A program made the translations under genes and the position numbers. Below, in pieces: positions 43,317 to 58,300 of a stretch of 64,000 nucleotides of DNA (its first letter is position 1; each line of letters begins with the position of its first letter). The DNA is from Pocillopora damicornis (lineage: Eukaryota). The notes beneath the pieces are model-generated. The model made no database searches and was not told where the DNA came from. It saw nothing but the letters and a program-made list of their open reading frames with translations. The stretch spans positions 62,001-126,000 of the forward strand of contig NW_020845464.1 in assembly GCF_003704095.1 (NCBI RefSeq), read 5' to 3'.

Positions 43317-46300
43317 CTTTTGGTGGCTGTCGTTGTGATCTCCAGTTTGGTACGCAGGTCCCACGCTTGAATAGGAACTGAGGGGCAACAAGTTAAATCG
43401 AGGTGGATTGGGAGCCAACGGCATAACGTTGTGTTGGTCTTGGGAGCCTGGGGAAGGACGTTGCGTAACTCCAAAGGAATGAGAAAAGTGCTTGTCAAGA
43501 CTTGATAAGACGCCAAATAAAACCTAAAAACAAAATATTCATGAAGGAAAATTTTGTCTCACGAAATACGACATCAAGTGAAGTTTTGACTTGAGTGGGT
43601 AAGAAAATGTCTGTCTAAATTCTGCTCCGAGTGCTTTCATAGGAGCACAATCAAAACTAAAGCCATTAACGTAAGGTACCCAGTCACTTCGCCGACGTGT
43701 CAACTCAACGATCACCAACTCGCCGACACCATTGGTCAAAACGCCGACATCCTGATTGATATCATTTGAACAAACAGGTTAGCTACCTTCCGTGAATGTA
43801 TTGAGTTGACCAGTGTTGTCATCAAGTCACTAAAGATGTCGGCGAGTTGACGTGTCGGCAAAGTGACCCTTCATCTGACGGACAAAAAAAAAATCATTTA
43901 CCCATGGAAGGTCCCATGTTAGGGTTCTCAGCATGCGTCTATCACTCCCGTTTCATTACCCCTTTTGGCTTTTACATGTGAAAGTATCTGAAGTTACATT
44001 TCACTGTATGAATACTTCACACTTATCTATGTTTGCGTAAATCCACGAATCCGAAGGATAATCAATCGATCTTTTTCAGAATTAGACACTTCATTCAACG
44101 GTCCTTCTCGCGGCATGAATGCGTCAATTCACGTAAGGAGCGCAGAAATTGTGACTGTGAAACCCCACGAGAAGATTCTATCTGCGCCTTGCACTCACCC
44201 CGCATTTTTGAAGCTGTCGGTTGACATTTGTTGTCATGTGAGGAGAAAACACATCTAGATCAAACGGATCGATGCAGCTTTCTAAAGTGTCTATGACATG
44301 TTCCAGCCGCTTTGAAAACTCCGAATCATCATCCTCGGCTCGTCCCATGAGGATTGTTGTTATGAATCTGAGGTCAAACAGTATCTGTAGGGCGCGGTTT
44401 TGAGTTAAACTCGATTTGTGTTCCTTGACTAATTTCTCGTGTGTTGACAGAACCCCAATCGCCAGGCTAGTCACCAGCTCTTTGAGCAATGTCCTAGAAA
44501 GGCAACAACGTTCCAGGTATTCATTAAAGTAAAATATCATATGTCGTCAAGCTAGAACTCGTTTTCATCCGAGACGACGGTAGCAAGAAAACTGAAAGGA
44601 TACAGTCTACTGTGAGCCTTCAAAATTTGCGGCTTTGAATTTGAGCGGCATTTCTTTATACGCGATAAAATTACAGCGTGGCTGAGGTGGTCGCAAACAA
44701 TTGCTCCCGCAAAAACAGAAACAAAACAAAACAAACAAACAAACAAGCAAAAAAACCACCATGCTTCGATTTAGATAACCCTGCTAAGTCACAGGTAAGC
44801 AGCGAGGTTGATAAGCAAGATTCGAGATGGTGGTGTCCACAGTCGAATATCACGCACATCTTCTAAGGTTTTGTTGCACTTTGCGTTTAAAAATAAGAAC
44901 AATGCGATAATTTCAAATTTACTTTCAAATAGTGGAGATGAAAACTGTATGGTTTCTGGAGCATAACACTCTATTAAAAGAATCACTTTATGGACTCTCG
45001 GGTGTCAGTTTGTCACTGAGCTACGGCAATAGCTCTGAAGTTTGGTTTTGAATACGAACGTTTTTTTCTTTAATGGAAATACAAGGAAAAGAACATCCGG
45101 CTTTAGCAAATGAGTATGTACAATTGCCACCACGTTACCTTTGTACGGTGTGCGCACCAGTTCTGTTGAGCTCTTGGCATAGACTGAACAGCAAAGACAT
45201 AACATAAGAAGACACCTACGGGTAAAGGTACACCACCCATTAAAACTAAAGAAATCTTACAACGTTAAGAACCTTCGATCAACAACAAATACCTGGTAAG
45301 GAACTTTTATAATGGACTCTATCTTCCTCCCTTCTTCCGTTTCCTCTTCAATTTTGATTGATTCCCAGTTCTATGGAAAGAACGACTCCTTTGCAAAATT
45401 CGAAATATAGAATCATTATCCGCTTTATACAATTATCACATTATAGTACTACTAACGGTAACTAAACGACTCACAGGGGAACACGGTGTGCTCGCTGATC
45501 ATCAAGTTGAAATTCTGAATTCACAAATCCGAGTCAAAGGCGTCCCGATATTTTCGGCTGTGTCGTACGTAATATGTTCGTGAAAAAATGAAAAAAGAGC
45601 CTGACTTGAAAGCCTGTCAAGTGATTCTTATCCATTCATTTTGCGAGGACTAATATTTGTGTTTCAGTTGTTACCAAACGTTGCGATTTCAGAGAAACGA
45701 GGCAAAATGAAGCTGTGCTTCACTGACGCGGCCGAATGTAAACGCTTTTAATAATTTTCAGTCAGGAACACCACGCTCGAGAATTTTACTCCCGGCAACC
45801 TATCCTACCCCTTCTTTAGACCAAATAAACTGCGAGAAAACTCTAGATTGCCACTCAAGTAACTTGTCTTGCAAAGGCACCACAAAATTTTCAAGACAAG
45901 TTGGAAATACTGAAATTGTTTACAATCAAATGGCCCAGCTTGCCATTACAACGAGTAACTTACAGTTATGGTCAACAAAAATGAGCTTTTGTCGCCTTGA
46001 ATCAACGTCGCTTCCAAAGAAGACAAAAAGAGTACTGATATCCAATCTTTCCACAATCTGAAGAACAAATAAACGGACACTTTGTTAACCATTTGAACTC
46101 TGAGGGAGACCAGCACTTACTTTCTCCATACAATATCACATCTGAATCATACTTTAAGGTCACAAGATTAGAGGAAATGATCTCCAGCTAAAGAAGCTCT
46201 TGTTAAACGAATTTTCCTCGTCAGCGCCTCAGGAAATGTGTAGAGAACAGTACGGAGAATATGCATACTGATATTAAGATGGAATCAGTAAATAACAATT

Positions 46301-49300
46301 TAGTAATGAGAGTTGTTTTATGAAAATCTCTAGCTGGCACCAAGACAGGAGTTTACTATGGCTCGATTTATCACTTAACACAAAGATGGACATTGGCAAG
46401 ATGCATTTCAAACTATAAAATACGTCTAGTGAGCTTTTTATTTTTGTACGTAAAAAAAAAAAAAAAAAGGCAAAAAGTCCTTGTCAAAAACATGTACCTC
46501 AAATCTTCAAATTAAGGTGACGTTTTTAAGAGCGATCGTTATTATAATTATATGGACAAACTTTTCAGTTTCTATGTAGTCATTTCCTCTTTAAAATCAA
46601 ATGCCACAAGTATGCTTTGTTTCCAGCGACAAAATAGTTACAGGTTCGAAACAAAACCTGCGAATTCAACAACTTTCTTTACCTGTATGTTGTGAGATAT
46701 CTCCGTCTAAGAAAACTGGCCAATTCAATCATCTTACCGCCTTGGCCTGGTTCTTCCTGATTAAGGATTCAAAGCGGAACAACAGAAACCTTTGTTATAG
46801 TAGCTGTGCCTTATAGCAGCCACGATAAATGCAACGCTGTAGCTAGTGACAAGTCGCTGAAACATCCACTCCCTTGCCCCTCCCCAATATTGGATTGTTC
46901 TTCCTTCCTGGTAACCAACACTATAGCGGTTGTCCACGGCATCCATAAAAATAGATTATAGTAATTTAAAGAATCGAAACAGTTATCAAGTAAGATGTTA
47001 TGATCTATTCATTTCACCACTTTTTCTTCGCCATGTATGTAAACTGTATGATGTACGGTCTGTATGATGCACGGTCAAGTCGTAGACGGCCAGTCGTCTC
47101 GAAAGCCATTGTCAACATTTACACTAACCTTTTTCTTTGATGAGCTGGAAGACTTCCTGTTGAAATAATGTCATAAGTACTTTTTTAAGATTTCTTCTTT
47201 AATCTACTCGTTTGGAGGGGAGGGGAGGGCGAGAAGGAAAGTACTACGTTAAAATGGTAAAGCTTGAAATAGTATATATCAGTTGTAAATGCTTATGATA
47301 CCCCTTTATTCATATGTAATTCCTTTAGTTTTGAATGCAGGTTTAACATTGAATATAGCATTATTAGCACTGATATAGCCCGATGATACAGCTTTCACAT
47401 CATTTACAAAAACCCGCTCTTCTTTTCGAGGAGTCTAGACCTCAACAGCTCGGCAATAATGGAGTAATTGAACTTTGGTACAAAATAACGATGCTCTTTT
47501 CCAACAGATACAATCTAATGATCTCAACACACAAATATTAGAAATTTCGAAAGAATTGTTCATTTTCCTGGCTTTTTCTTAATTTCTAAAGTGAAGGTTT
47601 CCGTAAAGTGGCAACTTTCTCAAAGCTACGTTTATAACAAGTTCAAATCGCCGGGAGTGTGGTTGAGGGAGGAGGAGTGGGTCTGTATGCCTGAGGAGCT
47701 TTGGAGGATAAACAAGCTAAAACACAGTAGCTGTGCATTTTGTATGTCAATTCAGCGTTTTATATAAAACTTCTGTTCCGTTTCTTTTTCACAACTTGTC
47801 TGTCTTAGCAACCTGGGAGCAGTTGCTACCCAAACGTAAAGATTTAAGCCTGTTAACTCTGGAAGAACCGAATTAATAACCAGGTAAATCAACACTAACC
47901 TTGGCGTTGCTCGACCTTTTGTCTCTGTTGCTTGTCCCTCCATGACCAGCTTGATATTACTGCACTGTTCAGTAAAAGAGTGACACAGTCGACCAAGGAA
48001 TAGAACTCTGCAGACAAAAAACCTGATTTCAACTGAGAGAATATTTACCTTGGTGACACACACACAAAAAAATCAAAACACAAACAGAAACAAAACACAG
48101 AGGAAAAACATCATTACATCATGTCGGTGCTATCAATAAGACCCAGCACCCGTCGCAGCTCTGGCGGGTATTCTGTTGTGAATCGCTCGGTATGCTTTGA
48201 AGCTTTCAAGCAAAATCGAGATCTCGAAATCTTATAGAGTTCTTTCAGTCGACTTTTACTTTTATTTTTAGGTAACTACAACAAAAATTAGCACAAGGCT
48301 AGAAATTGTACCAAATGTACTTCTCGATAACGTATGAGCCTTTGATAAGTAGATGCATAACGGAAACGCGTTTCACTCCAGACCTCTGGGTTCAAAAGAT
48401 GATGTTCCTAAATCGCGATTTCAACCCACTTTGTCTTTTATTCTGGGTTCAGATGATTGACAACAGAAAACAAAAACACACGTTCAAATTTAAGTCACAG
48501 CTTCAGAATGTGCCTGTTTTTGAAAGGCGCACTAAAATAATCAAGTTAAAAATATAATTAGTTTTTATCAACTAAGGTGATTATGTCAAAAGCTGATGTT
48601 TCGAGCGTTAGCCCTTCGTCAGAGCGAGACGTCAGTTTTAGAAACTCTTCATGGTGGCCAATTTACATTATGAACTCAGTTAATAAAACCAAATTATCTT
48701 GTTATACCACCCTCCCCAAACCCCCTCCCTCCCCATCCCCCACCGATGCAGCACCACAAGTAGTGAACAGCAACGTATTATTACCTGTCAATACACACTG
48801 TGTCGAACAATGATTGGGATCTCGTCGTAAATACTTCCTCTGGTTCTAATTTCAATTTGCTTGTAAGATTGGTTACGATGTCGTCAATATATTGCAACAA
48901 CCTAAAGAATAAAAAGAACAAATAAAAATCTAAGCACTCAAGACGCACGAGAGTGTTATACTATTGAAGAGAAGCAAGAACATCCCTTGAATACCTTCGC
49001 AGAATTATTCACATAACTGATAGTTTCTTGTTGATTCGGACTATGCTATTATCGCTGAAGTGATTTGGAGATTATCCGATGGAAAGTGCGCACGAACGAT
49101 TTTTATTCACGAGTTGCGATGAATAAAAAAAAACAAAAAACAAACAAGTGAGCGCAGCGAACGAGTGAGTTTCTCGATGCATCGAAACGAGTGAATAAAA
49201 ATCGTTCAAGCACTTTCCATGGTAAGATGTTTTTATTTTATACATACTGGGATGTTTTCTCAATGACTGACATAGATCGGACGCAAACGACTGTGAAAAT

Positions 49301-52300
49301 ACATCGTTCGTCCAATCAGAGACAAGAACGATAGTACTTCACAGTGCAAATCTCAGTATGTATGAAATAAAAAAGGATTCAAAGAAAAATGAACAATAAG
49401 GTACGCCATACCGAACTACAACAACTAACCAAAACAAAATGGACTTTTTACTTTCTTTCTAATTAATAAAAGCTTCAAAACAAACACTGACAAAAAAAAA
49501 ACGACATCGACATCTTCATTTCAGTACATAACTGAGAAAAGTGATGACTCTTGCCTGTACCAGTTTCCATTTCATAGATTATAATACTCACATAAAATTA
49601 ATTTTCCCAAGGAGCTCTGATATCAATAAATTACTTAAGGCATTCAGTTAGATTACTAATTATTTAGACCTTCCATTCTCTGTCATGGGCAAGGGTGCAA
49701 TTGTGCGCACTCGTGATACACAAAGTTGGGTGTAGTTAGTAGAGGTATTGGACTCCGCTTTGACGCGCGCGCGTCAACCGCTTCTACGTTTTCACTCACA
49801 AGAGCAGCTGCTGTATGTTTTTCTCCAAAGATATAGTATAAGCAAATTTTTCGAGCTTCCCCCATGCCTGGTTCCCTTATTACCTAAACTGATATGCTCC
49901 AGAAGCAAATTGTCTTCTTAAGAACCTTTTATTAATATCTTACTTACTGGCTAAAGGCAGAAAAGCAAGTTTCTCGCAGGAAAGATTGGATTTCACCTGC
50001 GGTGCCAAAGCGATCGAATGGTTCTGTTTCCTCAGATGTTGTCTTGTTTTTGTTAAGCAAAGACAACTCGAACGCTTTCCTAACTGGCGTTCTCTTGGTC
50101 AGGTCTGGACCTGAGACTTTTTGCACATCAAACATGAAGTGTTGAGCGTCTTCAAGAATTGCAGCTAACTTCTCGTCAACTGCTTTACATAATCTGCAAA
50201 AGAATTACTCGTCATACGGTGGTAACCATAACATAAAAGAACAATGGACGGAGAAAATCCTCTATTCTGTAAATATTTGGATAATCTAAAGAGGAACCAA
50301 GCCATACACTGCCGAACCAGCTCATTTTGTCCCGATTGAATCGAACTTCCATTCGCTTCCCTATTTTGAAGACCGATTATTCAATTCCAAAATACCGTTC
50401 CTGCGACTAGATGTTGATGGTCAAGCGCTTGTCCCATTACCGCTTAAGTCTGTTCAAGATGCTAAATTACGAAAATTGTATACCTTGTTTAAGTATTTTA
50501 AACATGTCAACAACGGTTTAATAAAATTTCAAGTTACTAATTTAAACAATGACTTGTCCGGTCACCCTGGCCAACAATCGCGTGATACAAAGCCCGCAGT
50601 ATGTTACCTCTGTACAGCAGGAGTGCAAACTCGTGCTTTCAGCGCAAGACCGCTTTCTTGCTCGTTATTTGCTGCATTGTTTGCCTGTGATCCCCGCCAA
50701 ACTGTTCTAGGGACATCATTTGAACACTCCTGCCAAACATACATCGCTATGTCTCTTTCCCAGAGTACATTGAGGTCGGTGTTAGTGTTGTGATCAGAGA
50801 TCTCATCTAGTGTGTTAGTAATCATGTTCTTACATGATGACATCGTGGCATCGAATAGACTTCGCAAAATATCCTACAATGTAACGAAAATCATTCAGAA
50901 AATATTTAGATCAAGACCGAATAGAAAAGATTAAGGAGAGTAGCCAGTATATTCCAGTGGTACGCAAAATATTTCAAATCCAATTTAGTCTATTCATTGG
51001 AAAACAGAAGATGGGACGCCAAAACAAGCTTCCTTCAGAACTTCACATCTGTCTCTGTGGAAACAAATGTTCGTGTGAAGAGAGAGAGAGAGAGAGATCA
51101 AGGAACAGTTTCTTCCAGTTCACTTCTACTTATTTAATTTTTCCTCGAATCTTTCTTCTCTTTTAATTTTTTCTGACATTCATATGCGCACAGGTCCCCT
51201 AGAAAACTTTTTCATTTTGGCGTTTACTACTATTGGGAAGACAATACACGTACTTCATACCTGAGCTCTAGAGAGGAAAGGACTTTGAAGAAACTCATTC
51301 CATATGGATAAATCACGTCCTAATATGCTGTTACAAACAGCTGACCAGTCAAGGGTGCAGTCTCCTGAGGCAGCACTGGTCTGGAAAGGAATTTCAACAG
51401 AGAGAAACCTATTGGGACGCTTGTACAACAACCAGTTACAAACTTATCTTTCACTCTGTATGAGGACTATGGAATTCCCTCTCTCTATACAAGTTAGTTT
51501 ACGTCCATGCGGCGCTCTTAACTTCACCTCAAACTGACACAGCGTCGAATCGTGATTGAAACTTTAGTAATGTACGCTCAATGATTCCACTGAACAGAAT
51601 TTTTTCAGCCATTAACCATTCATTTGAGAATCGAACAAACTATGCGAGATTACAGTGATCAATAATCGTCGGGTAACGCGAGGACAACATAGTCCATAAT
51701 TTCACTAGAAGTGACACCAAAACCTGAAACTGCAGACTAACGGAGAAGCTAAAATGAGGCACAAATTATCTCCACCCTCATTCGTGTAATTTTCTTTTAC
51801 ACAGAGGTGGATCAAGTATGAACGGCATCACAACTCAATTTGAGAAAGAGCAGTCTCCCATAAAATGTGAAAGTTTCTGGCCGCCACATGTAAAACTCTG
51901 GTTTTGTATTATTCACTTAACTGCTATAATAATCCGAATATCCACAGTACCTGATTGAGCAGGTCCCACACTGCATCTCGTATAGAGGCCAAGCCTTTGA
52001 GACTGCCCACGTATTTCAGCAGATTACTCACTGCAGCTGTTACATCCTTGATACACCTAACATGAAGAAGTTGCCGGTTAGTTCATGCAAACAAGAAACC
52101 AAGAACACACCTGCGAATTAGATCACTTGCCTATTAGAATACATTTTGTATGAAAGAAGAACATTAACAGCTGGAAAACAGGTACTATCGAATCTCCCTA
52201 GAACTACCACTAGGAGAGACGGGGTCGTTATGGGGTGTAAAAAGGCACAAGTTTTTTCTTTGAAGAGTTGTGTCAACCAACTCCTTTTTAAAAATACTCA

Positions 52301-55300
52301 GAGCACTTTTCTATTGAGTGTCGTAAAACCAAAGCCAAAGCAATATCAACGGCCAATCAGAAGAAAGCAAAATATCACAAGGAACCTATGAGAGCGCAAA
52401 GAACAACCAGATGGCCGAAAGTGCGGGAAAACAACCAACTAAGTCGTGAGTGGATGATTTGGTTATATCAACTGAATTGATAATGTAAACGAAACGGTTG
52501 AAGATCAGATACAATCAGATGCAAGACTAAAAAACCAATCATGACTTATGAATAAAGGAGGGTAAGTTTCTGAAGAAACTGCGGTGCTGTGTCGTTGGAA
52601 AGTATAGCAAGATAATTTCGTTTTATCGACTGATTTGATAATGTAAATTGATTGATATAAACTGGAATTTCTAAAGCTGACGTTTGAAGCGTTAGCTCTT
52701 CTTCAGAACGAATTGAGAAATTGTGGGTTGTGTGTGTGTTTACATCGGCAGAAAATGGAGCTACGCTATTGGTGGGAACATGGTAAGGAGGAAAACAAGA
52801 ATAAATTAGTTGAATGATGCGGTGAGCACTCTTGAATATGCTTATGGATGTTCACTAAAAGGTCACTTGCCTCGATTTTGGTTTGTCTCAGTCTTTTGCA
52901 GTATTTTTTTGCAAATCTGAGTTCAGTCATAGCCTTTTAGGGTTTTAGAATTTGTTAGTTACAAGTATAATATTTGAGTGTATCTTTATCTTTTGCATAA
53001 TTCAGTTGTACAAGTGTATTAGAAATGGAATAAACTCACATTGAAATCCACTCGGCACAGTTTTGTTGAATATTCTTTTTGGATATTAAGGATGGAAACA
53101 CTCTCACATGTGGTCTGTATCCTACAGATGAAGAAAAAAAGTGAAGCCAGTTTACAGCTGGGCAATGTACTCAAATTCACAGCATACAGGAGATGCCAGN
53201 NNNNNNNNNNNNNNNNNNNNNNNNNNNNNNNNNNNNNNNNNNNNNNNNNNNNNNNNNNNNNNNNNNNNNNNNNNNNNNNNNNNNNNNNNNNNNNNNNNNA
53301 TCACAGCAGAACAGGGTGTGTATTTGGTAAAGACTTCTTTGAATCACCTGAACAACTTCACAAACTTGGGACTTGATACTGGTGGCTGAGAAGGAAGAGA
53401 CCATCATTATTACAAGGTGAAATCAAGAGAAGTTCCTGGTAGACTTTTTGGTATCCTTGTATCTCTTGCACAACCACCTCTGTCTGCTCTGAGAGCCTGG
53501 AACAGACTCATCATGATATGATTTATGTTATATGGCATCTTGGATGATAAAATTTGTAATGCACTCAACCAATAGTTTCAATTTTGCCATGTGTCTGTTC
53601 AATACAAGATCATAAAAGATGTCAAAATGTGCAGTGCTGTAGTAAGAACAAAAAAGGCACCACACACGGCAAGTGTGCCACTGGTGTTCTTATCACATTT
53701 TGTTGTCTTCTGTGATCCAATACTAAAAAGACCTATGGCAAAATGAAACTTTTTGGTTTTATAAAACAAAAAAAGGAAAATGTTGTTGATAGTGACATCA
53801 TTAATATGTCTGTCTTCCAATAGATCATAAATAAAAACCAATCAAAAGGCACGTATAATTCAGTTCATTGTACAATTTTATATAATCCTAGTATATGCCC
53901 AAATCAGAGGAGTGACTTTTCTGCCCAATAGGAATACAGTGCTCACAACTAGGAAACAGAGTACATGTATGTACATGCACTTTGCAGATAACCAGCCAAA
54001 CGGGATTTTGTCACTATGACTGCAAGGGGAGCTAACCACTAATAAGAATGTCAGCCAAATGAGGTGTGACTGTGTTACAGAAAAACTGTATTTACCATGT
54101 TGATATGGATGAAAGATTTCCTGTAATGTTGCTTTCCTTGCCAAGATAAACTCACTCAGGACTTGGCGAGGTGAGCTCTCCTCCAACAGAAGGATTGCAC
54201 ACAATGACTCTGCAAGCATCTAAGGGGCAGCAATATATAAATTGTAAATAATGGAGTGAGGAGGTAATTGGTCCAAAAATGATCCATAAATGATGTCTCA
54301 CCTCTTCAGTTTGAGCAGCATCCTTTAACAGACCATGGCTTCCCTTAAATTAAAATGGGTCAATGTTAAAATACTCAGAGAACTGGTGCTTACAACAATT
54401 TCATTGGTAGGAAAAACTTTCTTTTTCAATTCATTTCATCAAATACATGTTTAGGTTGAAACTGTTTGAGGTTACACCTATTTCAAACAAGTTTGGTTTA
54501 CATTTTCTTTGTTTAAGGAATATGGTACTGTTGTTCCTTGCACAAAGCACAAAACAAATGAAACTAGTTTGAAATTATGACCTAAAATTTATCTTTTACT
54601 TCAACATGCACTCACTATGATTTAAAAAAAAAACTAAAAAAAAATTTTGAAGAAAAATAAAAAAGGAAAAAAAGAAACTCATGATGATACCTGAAGTATG
54701 GAGTCCTTGAAGTGACTGATTGCTGCCCATTGTTTTGGCAAGATTGGGAATGAAGACTGAGGAGGATACATTGAAAAATAATCACCAAATCAAACCCTTT
54801 TTCTAATTAATAGATGTAGTGGTTGAACTTAAGCAAACCCTTTCACTTCCAGGAGTGACCAGGAAGGAATTTTTCACCACATTATTGATGTTATAGTAGA
54901 CTTTGAGCAAGGACAAGGACCAAAAACAAACTCAACCCACACATGACACCAAGCCTGGGGATCAAGGCTAGCACTCTATCCCTACTCCCCTTAGGCTAGC
55001 ATTTCCAATCAAAAAGGCAACAATATGAAGAATTTTTCAACTAAGAGAAAACATTTAATGTCATACCAAAAATTATAGGAAGTGTGTGACAGACATTATG
55101 CAGTGTGCAGAGTGGAATGTTTACATAGTAGATCTTGGGTGTTAAAAGTACAACATTTTGAGCAAAATGCGTCAATTAGAGCATTGTGGGGGGAAATTAT
55201 TATATCTTTCATTGTGTATACAAGAAATGTACAGTGGCATTGTAACAATGGAAAAAAAAAATACCCACCAGTAATTTAGGTGCAGATGTGTCTCCAGTAT

Positions 55301-58300
55301 CAATGTGTAGCAGGCTGACAATGTGACGAGAGAAAAGATACAACTGAGCTGCTTTTAGGTACTGTTTTCTTTCCAATGCACTCCAAACCTGTTTAAAAAG
55401 TTTTAAGACAACAGCAAATTAGGCTTAGAGACTGATGTAAGTAAAAAGAGCAACTACATGCCCAGATTGGCCTGAGAATAAAAATGAAATTCATGTACTT
55501 GAAAGTTATTCTATTTCACAATGACACCATTAAAAAAAACTTCAAACCAAGCAGGACCTTCTCTGGAGTGTCCACCAAAAGCTTCATTTGAGAAGCAATT
55601 CCATAGAAACCACTTTTAGATTGTGAAGGACTGGAACAAGAGAAATGCAATTGAAATCAGATACTGATAAGTTTCCTGAAAGCATGTTATATTCTGTACA
55701 TACATTATATATGTGCTCTTTGTCTCTATAACTTACATAATTCATTTACATAAATATTCATACTTATAAAACATAGTATGTACCCTATACTTCTCGAAAC
55801 TGTTCTGACAACAACCCCACAAGGACTTAGTACAAGTCCATGCCCTCTGTTTGTCACAGAACTTTTCTGTGCACCATCTCTGAACAGGCAAGCATTCATT
55901 GTTGTACAGTGATGTGCTTTTCAAAGTACAAATGATGTAGATGTACACTACAGCAAATATAGCTGCGAAAATTATTGCAATCTTATTGTTTTCAACCAGT
56001 AAAGTAGCACACTGCAGCTGTGCAATGTATCGGCAGGACTGCTACAATTCTGTATATTTTGTCCAATAGATGATCATCAGAAAATGTCTAATGGTTCAGG
56101 AGTATATATTGACAAGTTTTTTGATAGAACCCACTCACATGGAATTGTATTTACATGTACATATAAAGTCACCAATAACCAACGTAGTAAATCCTGGCCC
56201 TTAAATTCAAGTTACTCAAAGTTATTTGAACAAGTTTCTTCAAATTTTTAGTAACAAAATTATTTTTAAAAAGAACTTTGGTTATTACAACCATCACTGA
56301 GCCATTTTAAGTGTTGTATCAAAGATACATAATATATGTTCATACTAGCAGGGTAGTGATGAGTCACATGCTGAGTTTTCATTGCTGTAATAACAAGTGA
56401 AACCAAATGGCAACAGTGTACAAGCGTTACTTCCAAATCCACATTGTACAACATACTAACACTCCAACAGTAATCTAGCAACTCAAATATGCATATAAGT
56501 AGGTATCAATATCCCTTGGGTACCAGCCTTAGGTCCATTTGCATGTTATACTAATATATGTAACACTATAACAATTTCATTAAAATAGTCAACAATAAAC
56601 TAACTAAAATTTCACAATGAAGATTTAAGTTTGGAAAGAGTCAATAACAATTTGTTTTTCATTGCTATTTGCAAAGGACTTCTTGTTTAAGTCTGGGTAG
56701 TAATAATGAATGGATATGATAAAACATGAAAAATTTTTTTTTACTGGTGATCCATCTATTCTTAAGGAATTTGACACACCAAAATCCATTTACTTACAGA
56801 GTTGCTCAGGCTTTGGATCATATGTTACTATTTATTCTTGGATAATGAGATGTTTGTCAATAGAATAAAACACTTACATTCTGTCAGTGGTACTAGAGGC
56901 CTGGGAACCGCCCACCCCATAGCATTTGTGAGACACATGAAGGTCCTTGCATTGCTTTTGAATATCCTGAACAAAGTTCATGATCTACAAAGAGAACAGA
57001 GGTTACATCCCTGATGTGAACATTGTAGATAGCTGGTGCAGGTATTTGGCAAAATGGTGAATAAAAAATAAAACAATGTAGAGTTGGTGTAATTAAAAAT
57101 CAAAAGCAATGTGTAGGTGAGCTTGGGTGAGTCATACTAAAAACCAACTAAAGAGAACCTAGAATAATTTTTCATGAACATATAACAGTATGAAAAATCA
57201 AAAATTTGTTATACATGTCACCGTAAGAAGGATCATCTGGTCCTCTAAAGTAAGTATTTGCCATCAGGATTACAGATTATTGTTTACCTTGGGACCATTG
57301 TCTTAAGTCCCAGATAAGTGAATTTCAAGTATCCTGACTGTTAAAGGACANNNNNNNNNNNNNNNNNNNNNNNNNNNNNNNNNNNNNNNNNNNNNNNNNN
57401 NNNNNNNNNNNNNNNNNNNNNNNNNNNNNNNNNNNNNNNNNNNNNNNNNNTTTCACTTGAGTTTAACCCTTTACCTCCAGAAGTGATTAACATGAAACCT
57501 CTCCCTATTATATCTATACATTATCCAGCAAATAACAAATAAGAATACCCAAACTTATCTGGTAGAAGCTGTTATCTTGATCTAACACCAAATTCTCCTA
57601 ACTTATTTACAAGGAATTGTGTAATTAAGCTGGAGGAGAGAATGTTAGTAGTTAAAGAGTTAAGTTCTTCAGTTTTTTTTTACATCCTATTGTAGTTCTA
57701 TTACTTCCTATTGTAACTTACCCAACCATGAGACGCAGATCTTCCTTCTTTTGTTCAATGTCACCCCTGAAAAAAAAATAGGTATCTTATTTCATACTCA
57801 AACATATGATTTGAATGTTAGAGATATTTGGTAAGCTGTAATGCAAACATAACTGAGAGTATTTCATTTATAACCATTAAAGAAAGGATTTATCATTCTA
57901 CTAATAACACAGTTGTGTTATTTTCAATTGGCTTTCTAGTACAAGTACAAGCACAATAAAAATGTTGACATGTATTCTTTGATACTTAGCATCATTGAAT
58001 TAATAATTGATTAAAAAAATAACAGTTAATCCATATAAAGATAATAATAACTATAGTCATCATTTTCATATTGATTATCACTGATACTATCATTATCATA
58101 ATCGTTCTTTTCTTTTTAAGAAAAATGAATTATTATCGTTATTATCATCAAGATTTTGATTATTGCAAGAATTGGAGCATTGTACAGAGACTCTAATAGA
58201 TTTAGAAAACACTTACAAATTGAACAAATTAGTTCAACTAGTACAGAAGCACATAACATGCTTCTGACAAGTACTTGTAGTGCTTTCCCTGATGTTTTCG

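Noticed and set aside
47046-47078. 16-bp tandem duplication (also a 24-bp duplication near 16320-16362)
   Set aside because: Ordinary local slippage in introns
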